In this document: in pieces, positions 56,714 through 64,000 of the stretch | How the letters are laid out: each line of letters begins with the position of its first letter | Numbering within the stretch: the stretch's first letter is position 1 | Source of the DNA: an uncultured Solirubrobacterales bacterium | Lineage (GTDB): Bacteria; Actinomycetota; Thermoleophilia; Solirubrobacterales; Solirubrobacteraceae | Length of the DNA stretch: 64,000 nt | Assembly: GCA_963744695.1 (NCBI GenBank) | Contig: CAVUUT010000016.1 | Location: forward strand, 22,238-86,237 | Direction: 5' to 3' | The notes under the pieces: generated by a model | What the model was told of the DNA's origin: nothing | Seen by the model: the letters and a program-made list of their open reading frames with translations, nothing else | Database searches by the model: none | Made by a program: the position numbers and the translations under genes

Positions 56714-57811
56714 TCAGGCGACGACTTCGACGCCGACCATGTCGTCGGCGGTCGCGTCCCCGGGCCGCTCGACCTCGAGGACGGCCCCGAGCGCAGCGAT
56801 CGAGACGGCGAGCTGATCGAGGTCGGGCTCGCGGGTGGTCAGCCGCTGAAGCTGCAGACCGGGATACATGATCGCCTGCACCCACGGCCGCGCGCGGTTG
56901 CGGCCGGCCCACTTGATCACCTCAAACGAGAGCCCCGCGATCAGCGGCACACCGAGGATCCGGGTCAGCACAAGAATCCACCAGGCGGGCAGCCCGACCG
57001 GCGCGAAGACGAAGATCGCCATGATCATGACGACGAGCAGGAAGCTCGTTCCGCAGCGCGGGTGCAGGCGCGAGTAGAGCTTTGCCCGCGCCGGCGTGAG
57101 CTCGTCCTCGGCCTCGTAGCACGAGATCACCTTGTGCTCGGCGCCGTGGTACTCGAACACGCGGCGCAGGTCCGGGATCCGTGAGAGCAGCACCAGGTAG
57201 CCGAGGAAGATCGCCGTGCGCAAAAGTCCCTCGACCAGCCAGAACAGCAGCGACGAGCCGAGCTGATCCTTGATCAGGCTCGTGAGACCGACCGGCACGA
57301 CGAAGAACAGACCGATCGCGAACACCACTGACACGAGCACGGTGCCGAACCAGGCACCGCCGGAGATCTCCTGCTCCTCCTCGGGAAGCTGCGCGCTGGC
57401 CGAGATGCTGAGCGCACGCAGCCCGATCCCGAGCGACTCGACGAGCGCCACGACGCCGCGCACGACCGGCAGGCGATAGACCCAGTGGCGCTTGGTCCAC
57501 GGGGTCAGCTCAAAGCGCTTGACCGCGATCGTGCCGAGCGCGTCGGGCGCGTCAGGCGCGTCGGCCACGACGTCGGTCAGGACCGCACCCGGCGCCGTGC
57601 CATTGGCGGCAGCCGCGCCGTTGGCCGCGGCACCGTTCACAACAGCGTCGCGATCGGCGCCGGCCTCGGTCAGGGCGGCTTCGAAGACGGGCTCGCGGAC
57701 CGCCACGGCCCAGTGCCGGACGCCCCGCATCATCACGCCCTCGAGGACCGCCTGACCGCCCAGCGGCGCGTCGCGGACGGCGGTCAAACGTGGATCGCCG
57801 TCCGCGCTCAT
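56714..57811 (-). CDS. DUF1385 (YqhQ-like) membrane protein
   Basis: [34 protein letters not shown]; lies between rpmE and prfA. Confidence 0.9.
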   Translation of the reverse strand: MSADGDPRLTAVRDAPLGGQAVLEGVMMRGVRHWAVAVREPVFEAALTEAGADRDAVVNGAAANGAAAANGTAPGAVLTDVVADAPDAPDALGTIAVKRFELTPWTKRHWVYRLPVVRGVVALVESLGIGLRALSISASAQLPEEEQEISGGAWFGTVLVSVVFAIGLFFVVPVGLTSLIKDQLGSSLLFWLVEGLLRTAIFLGYLVLLSRIPDLRRVFEYHGAEHKVISCYEAEDELTPARAKLYSRLHPRCGTSFLLVVMIMAIFVFAPVGLPAWWILVLTRILGVPLIAGLSFEVIKWAGRNRARPWVQAIMYPGLQLQRLTTREPDLDQLAVSIAALGAVLEVERPGDATADDMVGVEVVA

Positions 57812-57828
57812 CTACGGTCGCTTGGCTA

Positions 57829-58056
57829 TCAGCCTGCCGCGGTGCGGGCGCTGCGCCGGCCCTTCGCCACGCGGCGCTGGAAGCGCTCGACCCGTCCACC
57901 GGTGTCGACAAGCTTCTGGCGACCGGTGTAGAAGGGGTGGCAGGCCGAGCAGATCTCGACGTGAATCTCTGACTGCGTCGAGCGAGTCGTGAACTCGTTA
58001 CCGCACGTGCAGCGCACGTGGGCTTCTGTGTATTCGGGGTGAATTTCGGTTTTCAT
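57829..58056 (-). CDS. rpmE: 50S ribosomal protein L31 (Zn-binding type)
   Basis: [24 protein letters not shown]. Confidence 0.97.
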   Translation of the reverse strand: MKTEIHPEYTEAHVRCTCGNEFTTRSTQSEIHVEICSACHPFYTGRQKLVDTGGRVERFQRRVAKGRRSARTAAG

Positions 58057-58113
58057 CGCAAGATCAATTGTAGCGGGGCAGCGCGGGTCCTCAGGGCCCG
58101 AGCGACAGCGTGG

Positions 58114-58902
58114 CTAGCCGCCCGACGACGGCGAACAGGTGGCCGTGAGCGAGTTGTTGGCGCGGTTTAGGTCGTCGACCTCCATCGTCGAGTCGGCCGT
58201 GATCGTGGGCGCGTCCGCTGCCGTGCACGGAGGGCCGATGAAGCGCTCGGTGACGCTCTGGTGTGCACGCAGCTTCGGGACCGTGCGGGTCTTGGTGTTG
58301 CTGCCGCCGCCAGGGGCGAACAGGACCACGAACGGCCCGGCGGCGGAGTTGCCGGCGTTTGAGATCAGCGCCGAATAGAGGTCCTTGCCGGGGTGATTGG
58401 GAGATGGCGTCGTAGCGATCGACTGGACCAGGAGGTCGGGGCGCAGCTCGCGCTGCTGGCAGCGGTGGCTGTAGCGGACGGTCGTGCCGAGCGTGTGACC
58501 ACCCACTCCGGTCCAGCGGAACGTGACACGAAAGCGGTACGTCGCCGGCGCTGCGAGGTTGACGACCGACTTCTGCAGCTTCCATACGTCGCCCGGAAGC
58601 TGACCGAGGGTCGGGTTCTTGGGCGTGATCCAGACGCCGAGGTCGCCGGCATTTACGACCTTCGGCGCGGTCGCGCCCTTGGACGACATCAGCAGGTCGA
58701 ACCGCATCGCCAGATGCCTGGTGCCGGCCAGCGGTCGCATGACGGCGGTGACCGCGGCCGATCGGTCGCCGGGATCGAGCGCGCGGTGGCAGTCAAAGGC
58801 ACGGAACTGGGTGTGCGGCTGCGCGCCGGCGCTCGCGGACGTGGCAACGAGCAGCGCGCACAACGCGAGCGCCGCCGCCCCTGCGAATAGACGCTTCATC
58901 AC
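58114..58902 (-). CDS. Secreted protein with a C-terminal CARDB (Ig-like) domain
   Basis: Signal peptide; PDLLVQSI...ISNAGN..AGPF...ADSTMEVDDLNRANN. Confidence 0.7.
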   Translation of the reverse strand: MMKRLFAGAAALALCALLVATSASAGAQPHTQFRAFDCHRALDPGDRSAAVTAVMRPLAGTRHLAMRFDLLMSSKGATAPKVVNAGDLGVWITPKNPTLGQLPGDVWKLQKSVVNLAAPATYRFRVTFRWTGVGGHTLGTTVRYSHRCQQRELRPDLLVQSIATTPSPNHPGKDLYSALISNAGNSAAGPFVVLFAPGGGSNTKTRTVPKLRAHQSVTERFIGPPCTAADAPTITADSTMEVDDLNRANNSLTATCSPSSGG

Positions 58903-58910
58903 ATTCCGTT

Positions 58911-58935
58911 AACAGGCCCCGAGGACGGAAGTTGC
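58911..58935 (-). promoter_or_regulatory. ECF-sigma-type promoter (leaderless) for the CARDB gene
   Basis: Minus strand GCAAC-N17-GTT, 8 nt before the GTG start. Confidence 0.5.
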
Positions 58936-58965
58936 CGCGCAACCTCGAGACTTAATCCACGGACC

Positions 58966-60708
58966 CTAGGTGATCTGATAGAGCGGCCCGTCACCGCCCT
59001 CGGGCGGAGTCAGCCGGCCGCCCTTGGCGGTGATCGCGCCGCACTGCACGCAGTTGGTGTAGTTGACCGTCACGTCGACCGGACCGTTCTCGGGGGCATC
59101 GTCGGGAATCTCGTACACGCCGGCGGGACACATGTAGCGCCACGTCTCGGCAATTTCCCGGGGCACCTCGCGGTGGATACGGATGTGGTTGGGCGCATCG
59201 TCGCGGGTCGCGTTGCCGGTGATGTAGACCGACGAGAGCTTGTCGAACGTGTACTTGTTGTCGGGCTTGGGGTAGCCGGCGCGGGTATCACCGACGAACA
59301 TCGGCTCGGCGTCATCGCGATGCCACGCCTCCCGGCCCGGCGGCACCTTGCCCTTGGACATGATCGACGGGCCCGCCAGCAGGCTGCCGACGATAAAGCC
59401 GCGTTGGAACGCCTGGCGCGTATTGCGCACCTGATAGAGCTCCTTGCCGATCGAGGACTCGTCGACCGCGCGCTCGTAGCTCGTCAGCGGCTCGCCGTTC
59501 TTGAGCGAGCGGTAGATCGCCTCCGCGGCCAGGATCCCCGACTTGATGCAGTGGTGCACGCCCTTGAGCGCCGCCGTGTCGACCATGCCGCCCGCATCGC
59601 CGACCAGGACCGCGCCCGGCATCGACAGTTTCGGCATCGACCAGTAGCCGCCGCCGGGGAGCGCCTTTGCGCCCCACGCCACGCGCTCGCCGCCGTCGAG
59701 GATCCCCTTGACCAGCGGGTGGAGCTTGAACTGCTGCAGCAGGTCATGGGGCGACGTGGTGGCGTCGCGGTAGTTGAGGTCGACGACCAGCCCGATCGAA
59801 ACGAGATCGTCACCGGTCGTCTCGTCCTTCATCGGGTAGATCCAGGTGCCGCCGAGTTGGCCGTACTTACGCCCGACGTTCATCGGCCACGGCTGCGTGA
59901 ACGTGTGGATCAGGCGATCGAGCGGCTTTGCGACCTTCCAGACCTCCTTGACGCCGAGCTCCCAGACCTGGGGCTCGCGCGCGGCACCGAGCTCGAACTC
60001 CTTGATCGCCGCGCCCGTGAGATGGCCCCAGCAGCCCTCCGCGAGCACGGTCGCCTGGGCCCTGATGTCGGTGCCGGGCTCGAAGTTGCGCAGCGGCTCG
60101 CCGTCCTTGCCGCGGCCCTTGTCTCCCGAACGGACGCCGACCACGTGCCCGTCCTCGACGATCAGCTGGGTCGCAGCGGTCTCGGTCAGGATGTAGGCGC
60201 CGGCGTCCTCGGCCTGCTGCTGCTGGTAGCGGGCCAGGGCCGAGACCGAGACCACCTCGTTGCCGTGGTTCTTGAAGTTCGGAACCATCGCGATCGGGAC
60301 GCGCAGCTTGGTCTTCGAGCTCGTCAGCACGTAGACCGCTTCCTTTGTCACCTCGCCGAACGCGAAGCGGTGCTCGCGCCACTGCTCGCGCGTCATGTCG
60401 GGGAACAGCTCCTGCAGCGGCCCGGGGCGCATCACCGCGCCCGACAGATTGTGGCCGCCGCAGGTCTTTGCCTTCTCGATCACCGCGACCGGCACTTCGC
60501 CAAGCCGCTCGAGCATCGCCTCGTCCTCGGCGAGCAGCGCCAGCAGGCGGTTGGCGCACGCGAGCCCGGCCGTGCCGCCGCCGACGATCGCGACGCCAAC
60601 GTCGATCCGCTCGTCCTCCGAGTCGAGCTCGCGCTTGATGAACTCCTTGACGGCGTCGACCGGCGGCGGAAACTCGCTCGGAGCGTGGTGACCGTTGCGG
60701 CTGGACAT
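58966..60708 (-). CDS. Electron transfer flavoprotein:quinone oxidoreductase with a C-terminal Fe-S domain
   Basis: IVGGGTAG FAD motif, HNLSGA, LGVKEVW, VGDAGG, CPAGVYE, NCVQCGAI, PEGGDGP. Confidence 0.92.
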   Translation of the reverse strand: MSSRNGHHAPSEFPPPVDAVKEFIKRELDSEDERIDVGVAIVGGGTAGLACANRLLALLAEDEAMLERLGEVPVAVIEKAKTCGGHNLSGAVMRPGPLQELFPDMTREQWREHRFAFGEVTKEAVYVLTSSKTKLRVPIAMVPNFKNHGNEVVSVSALARYQQQQAEDAGAYILTETAATQLIVEDGHVVGVRSGDKGRGKDGEPLRNFEPGTDIRAQATVLAEGCWGHLTGAAIKEFELGAAREPQVWELGVKEVWKVAKPLDRLIHTFTQPWPMNVGRKYGQLGGTWIYPMKDETTGDDLVSIGLVVDLNYRDATTSPHDLLQQFKLHPLVKGILDGGERVAWGAKALPGGGYWSMPKLSMPGAVLVGDAGGMVDTAALKGVHHCIKSGILAAEAIYRSLKNGEPLTSYERAVDESSIGKELYQVRNTRQAFQRGFIVGSLLAGPSIMSKGKVPPGREAWHRDDAEPMFVGDTRAGYPKPDNKYTFDKLSSVYITGNATRDDAPNHIRIHREVPREIAETWRYMCPAGVYEIPDDAPENGPVDVTVNYTNCVQCGAITAKGGRLTPPEGGDGPLYQIT

Positions 60709-60718
60709 GGCGCGGACG

Positions 60719-61702
60719 CTAGCTGCCCTTCTTGGCCTTTATCGCCTCGGTCAGCTTGGGCATGATCTTGTTCAGATCGCCGACGATCCCGAGGTCTGAG
60801 AACTCGAAGATCGGCGCGTTCGCGTCCTTGTTGATCGCGACGATGTTCTCCGAGGACTGCATCCCGACCTTGTGCTGGATCGCGCCCGAGATCCCGGCCG
60901 CGAAGTACAGCTTCGGAGAGACCGTCTTTCCGGTCTGCCCGATCTGCGCCGCGTACGGGTACCAGCCAGCATCGACGACGGCGCGGGTCGCGGCGACCGC
61001 GGCAGTGGAGCCGAACGCCTGAGCCAATGCCTCGGCGAGCTCGAAGCCCTCGGCCTTGCCGAGTCCGCGCCCGCCGGCGACGAGGATGTCAGCGCCCTCG
61101 ATGTCGACGTCGGCGCCACGCTGCTCGCCGCGCTGGACCATCGTGGCCTTGGTCGACCACGGCGAGTAGTCGACGTCGACGTCGACGACCTCGGCCGAGG
61201 CGCCGTCGCGCTCGACGATCTCGAACGCGTTGATGCGGCCGATGATGATCCCGAGGTCGCCCTTGTACTGCGAGACCGAGATCTGCGAGTCCTGCAGGAT
61301 CGGCCGCTCGGCTACGAGCTTTCCGTCGCGTGCCTTGACCGCGGTCACCTCCATCGTGACGCCCGCCTGCCTGCGAGCGGCGAGCCCGGCGCCGATCTCG
61401 AACCCGAGCAGGCCGCCGCCGAACAGCGCGTAACCGTGTCCATGCTCGTCGATCACCTTCGCCATCGCGTCGATTACTGGCTGCGCCAGGCCCTCGGGTC
61501 CCTTGGCGCGGAACACCTTCGTGGCGCCGTAGGCGCCGAGCGACTGGCAAAGCTCGTCGGTCAAGTCATCGCCGCCGACCACGACCGCGTGGCACTCGCC
61601 GCCGATCTCGGACGCCCGGGCCGACCCCTCGGAGACGGCGCCGAGCGAGTTCTTGTTGAACGCACCCTCGTAGTGGAGGAGGTAGGTCAGAACATCAGCC
61701 AT
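60719..61702 (-). CDS. etfA: Electron transfer flavoprotein alpha subunit
   Basis: AGGRGLG, TRAVVDAGW, QIGQTGKTV, GISGAIQHKVG. Confidence 0.95.
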   Translation of the reverse strand: MADVLTYLLHYEGAFNKNSLGAVSEGSARASEIGGECHAVVVGGDDLTDELCQSLGAYGATKVFRAKGPEGLAQPVIDAMAKVIDEHGHGYALFGGGLLGFEIGAGLAARRQAGVTMEVTAVKARDGKLVAERPILQDSQISVSQYKGDLGIIIGRINAFEIVERDGASAEVVDVDVDYSPWSTKATMVQRGEQRGADVDIEGADILVAGGRGLGKAEGFELAEALAQAFGSTAAVAATRAVVDAGWYPYAAQIGQTGKTVSPKLYFAAGISGAIQHKVGMQSSENIVAINKDANAPIFEFSDLGIVGDLNKIMPKLTEAIKAKKGS

Positions 61703-61736
61703 TGGTGATTCCTCCGTAAGTCCGCGCGCCAGACAA

Positions 61737-62528
61737 CTAGATCAGCTTCCTTTCGTCCAACCACGCGACGATCTTCTCGACCGTCTCGTTGGTGTCCTCG
61801 TCCTCGATGATCTGGCCGGCCGCCTTGGCGGGCGGGTCATGAAATTCTCCGCACTGCACGCGCGAGCCGTCCTCGCCGACGAGCCCGGCATCGATGCCGA
61901 CGTCGCCCGCGGTGACCGCATCGAGCTGCTTTTTCTTGGCGCCCATGATCGCCTTGAGCGACGGGTACCGGGGCTCGTTGATCGCGTCGCCGACCGAGAT
62001 CACGGCCGGGAGCTCGATCTGGACCGTGTCATAGCCGTACTCGGCCTGGCGCTCGCAGCGCAGGCTGCCGCCGTCGAGGTCCATCTTGATCACCTGCGTC
62101 AGGGACGGCATCTTCAGGTGGTCGGCGACGACCGCGCCGATCGTGTAGCACTCACCGTCGTCTGACTGCTGCCCGAGCAGCACGAGATCGGGCGACTCGC
62201 GTTCGAGCGCCTTCGACAGCGCGTAGCCCGTCGCGGCGACGTCTGAGCCGGCGAGCGCGTCATCTGAGAGGTGGATCGAGCGGTCGGCGCCGAGCGACAC
62301 GGCCTTGTGCAGGGCGCGCACGGCCGTGTCGGGCCCCATCGTCACGGCGACGATCTCGTCGACCTCGGCAGCGCCGCCCTCGCGGATCTGCATCGCGGCC
62401 TCGATCGCGTGCGTGTCGTAGGGGTTGAGGTTCCGTTCCCCGGAGCGGTCCATGCGCCCCGTCGACGGGTTGATCCGCTTCTCGACGGCGGCGTCCGGAA
62501 CCTCTTTGACCAGGACGCAAATCTTCAA
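61737..62528 (-). CDS. etfB: Electron transfer flavoprotein beta subunit
   Basis: TTG start, KICVLVKEVPD, LNPYD, GQQSDDG, NEPRYPSLKAIMGAKKK. Confidence 0.95.
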   Translation of the reverse strand: MKICVLVKEVPDAAVEKRINPSTGRMDRSGERNLNPYDTHAIEAAMQIREGGAAEVDEIVAVTMGPDTAVRALHKAVSLGADRSIHLSDDALAGSDVAATGYALSKALERESPDLVLLGQQSDDGECYTIGAVVADHLKMPSLTQVIKMDLDGGSLRCERQAEYGYDTVQIELPAVISVGDAINEPRYPSLKAIMGAKKKQLDAVTAGDVGIDAGLVGEDGSRVQCGEFHDPPAKAAGQIIEDEDTNETVEKIVAWLDERKLI

Positions 62529-62616
62529 GTGTGGCCTCCTATCGGGTCTCCGGCGCGAGGCGTCCGACCCCGCTTGCTGGGCTGCTACCACTCATTTGGC
62601 AGCGAATCATACCTTG

Positions 62617-62632
62617 TTGACTGACGAGTCAA
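62617..62632. promoter_or_regulatory. Palindromic operator upstream of etfB
   Basis: TTGACT-GACG-AGTCAA, with a minus-strand TATGAT at 62611-62606. Confidence 0.55.
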
Positions 62633-62795
62633 TCGGTCGGGCTGTGGGGATGGAACGCTGGCGTACCAACGCCTGGCTGTCGCGGCACGCCCCGCCACCG
62701 TGCAATCCGGCCGCGAGACAGCGCAAGCGTTGTCCGGCACGCGCTCTGTGCGGGCAGTCGCCACGTAATTGTGCGACCCGCGCACGGCCACGAGC

Positions 62796-63201
62796 TCAGG
62801 CCCGGACGGCGCCGCGAATGAAGTCGATCGCCTGCTGGGTCGGCGCGCCCGGGGTGAAGACCTCCGCGACGCCGAGCGCCTTGAGCTCGCTCGATGTCGT
62901 CGGCGGGGATCGTCCCCCCCACGGTCACGACCACGTCGTCGATCCCCTGCTCGGAGAGCAGTTCCATGATCCGCGGGACGAGCGTCATGTGGGCGCCGGA
63001 CAGGATCGAGAGGCCGACTGCGTCGGCGTCCTCCTGGATCACGGTCTCGACAATCTGCTCGGGCGTCTGGTGCAGCCCGGTGTAGATCACCTCCATGCCG
63101 GCGTCGCGCAGCGCCCTGGCGATGATCTTCGCGCCGCGGTCATGCCCGTCCAGCCCGGGCTTGGCGACCACGACACGGATCTTCTTCTCAGAGGAGGACA
63201 T
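62796..63201 (-). pseudogene. Cobalamin-binding subunit of a methylmalonyl/isobutyryl-CoA mutase, with a 1-nt frameshift
   Basis: [10 protein letters not shown] (DxHxxG), SILSGAH, GGTIP. One extra base near 62890-62893; the other frame continues [30 protein letters not shown]. Confidence 0.8.
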
Positions 63202-63301
63202 CGCTTGGAGCGCCGCTGTCGCTCCAGGCAGCGGCGGGCGCCGGAATTGTAGTCCCGGCGCTCTGCAGGCTGTCTTGTGCGATCGCCCGAGCCGTGCGCC
63301 G

Positions 63302-63649
63302 CTACTTCACCACGACCGTCATCTTCATGCCCGGATGGATCGTGCAGACGAGGTGGTAGGTGCCAGCCTTGCCGAAGATGTGGTTGAACGAGCCGTGCAC
63401 CTGCGTCTTGGAATGGAACTTCGACGGTCCGCGCTTGACCGTCACGTTGTGACGCAGGACGCCGGCCCACTTCCATGTGACCTTGGTGCCCTTCGAGATC
63501 TTGAGCGTCTTGGGGGTGAACAGATCATCCCTGACCTTCACCGACTTCCCGGAGGCACCGAACGCCGACACCGCGGAGAACGCGAGCAGCGCTGTTGTGA
63601 GGGCGAGGAGCACGAGAACGCGCCGCTCGCGCAGGATGTGCTTGAGCAT
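63302..63649 (-). CDS. Small secreted plastocyanin-like cupredoxin
   Basis: [26 protein letters not shown]. Confidence 0.85.
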   Translation of the reverse strand: MLKHILRERRVLVLLALTTALLAFSAVSAFGASGKSVKVRDDLFTPKTLKISKGTKVTWKWAGVLRHNVTVKRGPSKFHSKTQVHGSFNHIFGKAGTYHLVCTIHPGMKMTVVVK

Positions 63650-63674
63650 TGTCCGCAGTCTAGGACGACCGGGG

Positions 63675-64000
63675 CTAGCGGTGCGCCAGTCGCGACCGGA
63701 GGTTGCGCGACCGCGTCCGGCCGACGAGCGCCACGCTCCCGGCGCCGCCCGCCGCAGCGGCAGCGGTGACTACGGCCGCCGTCCGCAGCCGGCGGCGAAG
63801 GCGGTCAAAGCGCAGAATCTGCCAGCCCTCCTGGCGCGCGACCCGCGCCAGCTTGGCGTCCGGGTTGACCGCGACCGGGTGACCGACCGCGCGCAGCATG
63901 GGCAGATCTGACTCCGAATCCGAGTAGGCGTAAGAGTGAGCCAGATCGATGCCCTCGGCGGCCGCGATCTGCTCGATCGCGCGCGCCTTCCCGGCGCCGT
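63675..64000 (-). CDS. HAD-IB family hydrolase; starts beyond the right edge
   Basis: GAGKARA...AYSDSESDLPMLRAVGHPVAVNPD. Confidence 0.88.
   Translation of the reverse strand, partial: GAGKARAIEQIAAAEGIDLAHSYAYSDSESDLPMLRAVGHPVAVNPDAKLARVARQEGWQILRFDRLRRRLRTAAVVTAAAAAGGAGSVALVGRTRSRNLRSRLAHR

Noticed and set aside
57540-57690. Ala/Asn/Gly-rich insert in DUF1385 as an intein or mobile insert
   Set aside because: A short low-complexity loop (NGAAA repeats) with no intein motifs.
62629-62795. Cobalamin riboswitch or extended C-terminus of the B12-binding protein
   Set aside because: The extension is a frameshift artefact, and no B12-box was recognised.
62886-62896. Programmed frameshift in the B12-binding gene
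   Set aside because: No slippery sequence, adjacent stop or stimulatory element.

Overview
High-GC bacterial chromosome segment, almost all core genes and mostly on the minus strand. Gene content and style suggest a deep-branching actinobacterium (Thermoleophilia/Solirubrobacterales-like); this is inference. Left to right: S41 protease (partial), ftsX, ftsE, M16 peptidase, dacB, degenerate minimal nucleotidyltransferase, nadA, nadC, two secreted cupredoxins, PLP decarboxylase, prfB (programmed +1 frameshift), secA, hpf, CtaG-like protein, secreted protein, six coupled MCE genes, ROK kinase, two tandem SAH-hydrolase homologues behind a MerR gene, sugar-nucleotide/LCP genes, M20 peptidase, the F1Fo atp operon, MFS-MerR-MFS, Ca2+/H+ antiporter, cupin, wecA-like gene, an AbiEi/DUF559 insert with a palindrome array, glyA, a TsaC-methyltransferase fusion, prmC, prfA, DUF1385, rpmE, a CARDB protein, ETF-QO/etfA/etfB, a frameshifted B12-binding protein, a third cupredoxin and a HAD hydrolase (partial). 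No rRNA, tRNA, CRISPR array or transposase was recognised. Best candidate for an undescribed system: a MerR-ahcY-ahcY* unit with a dyad operator, whose second, archaeal-type SAH hydrolase has lost the catalytic Lys/Asp/Asn (a possible SAH-sensing pseudoenzyme). Next are the TsaC-CmoA-like fusion and the DUF559 gene with nested palindromes.
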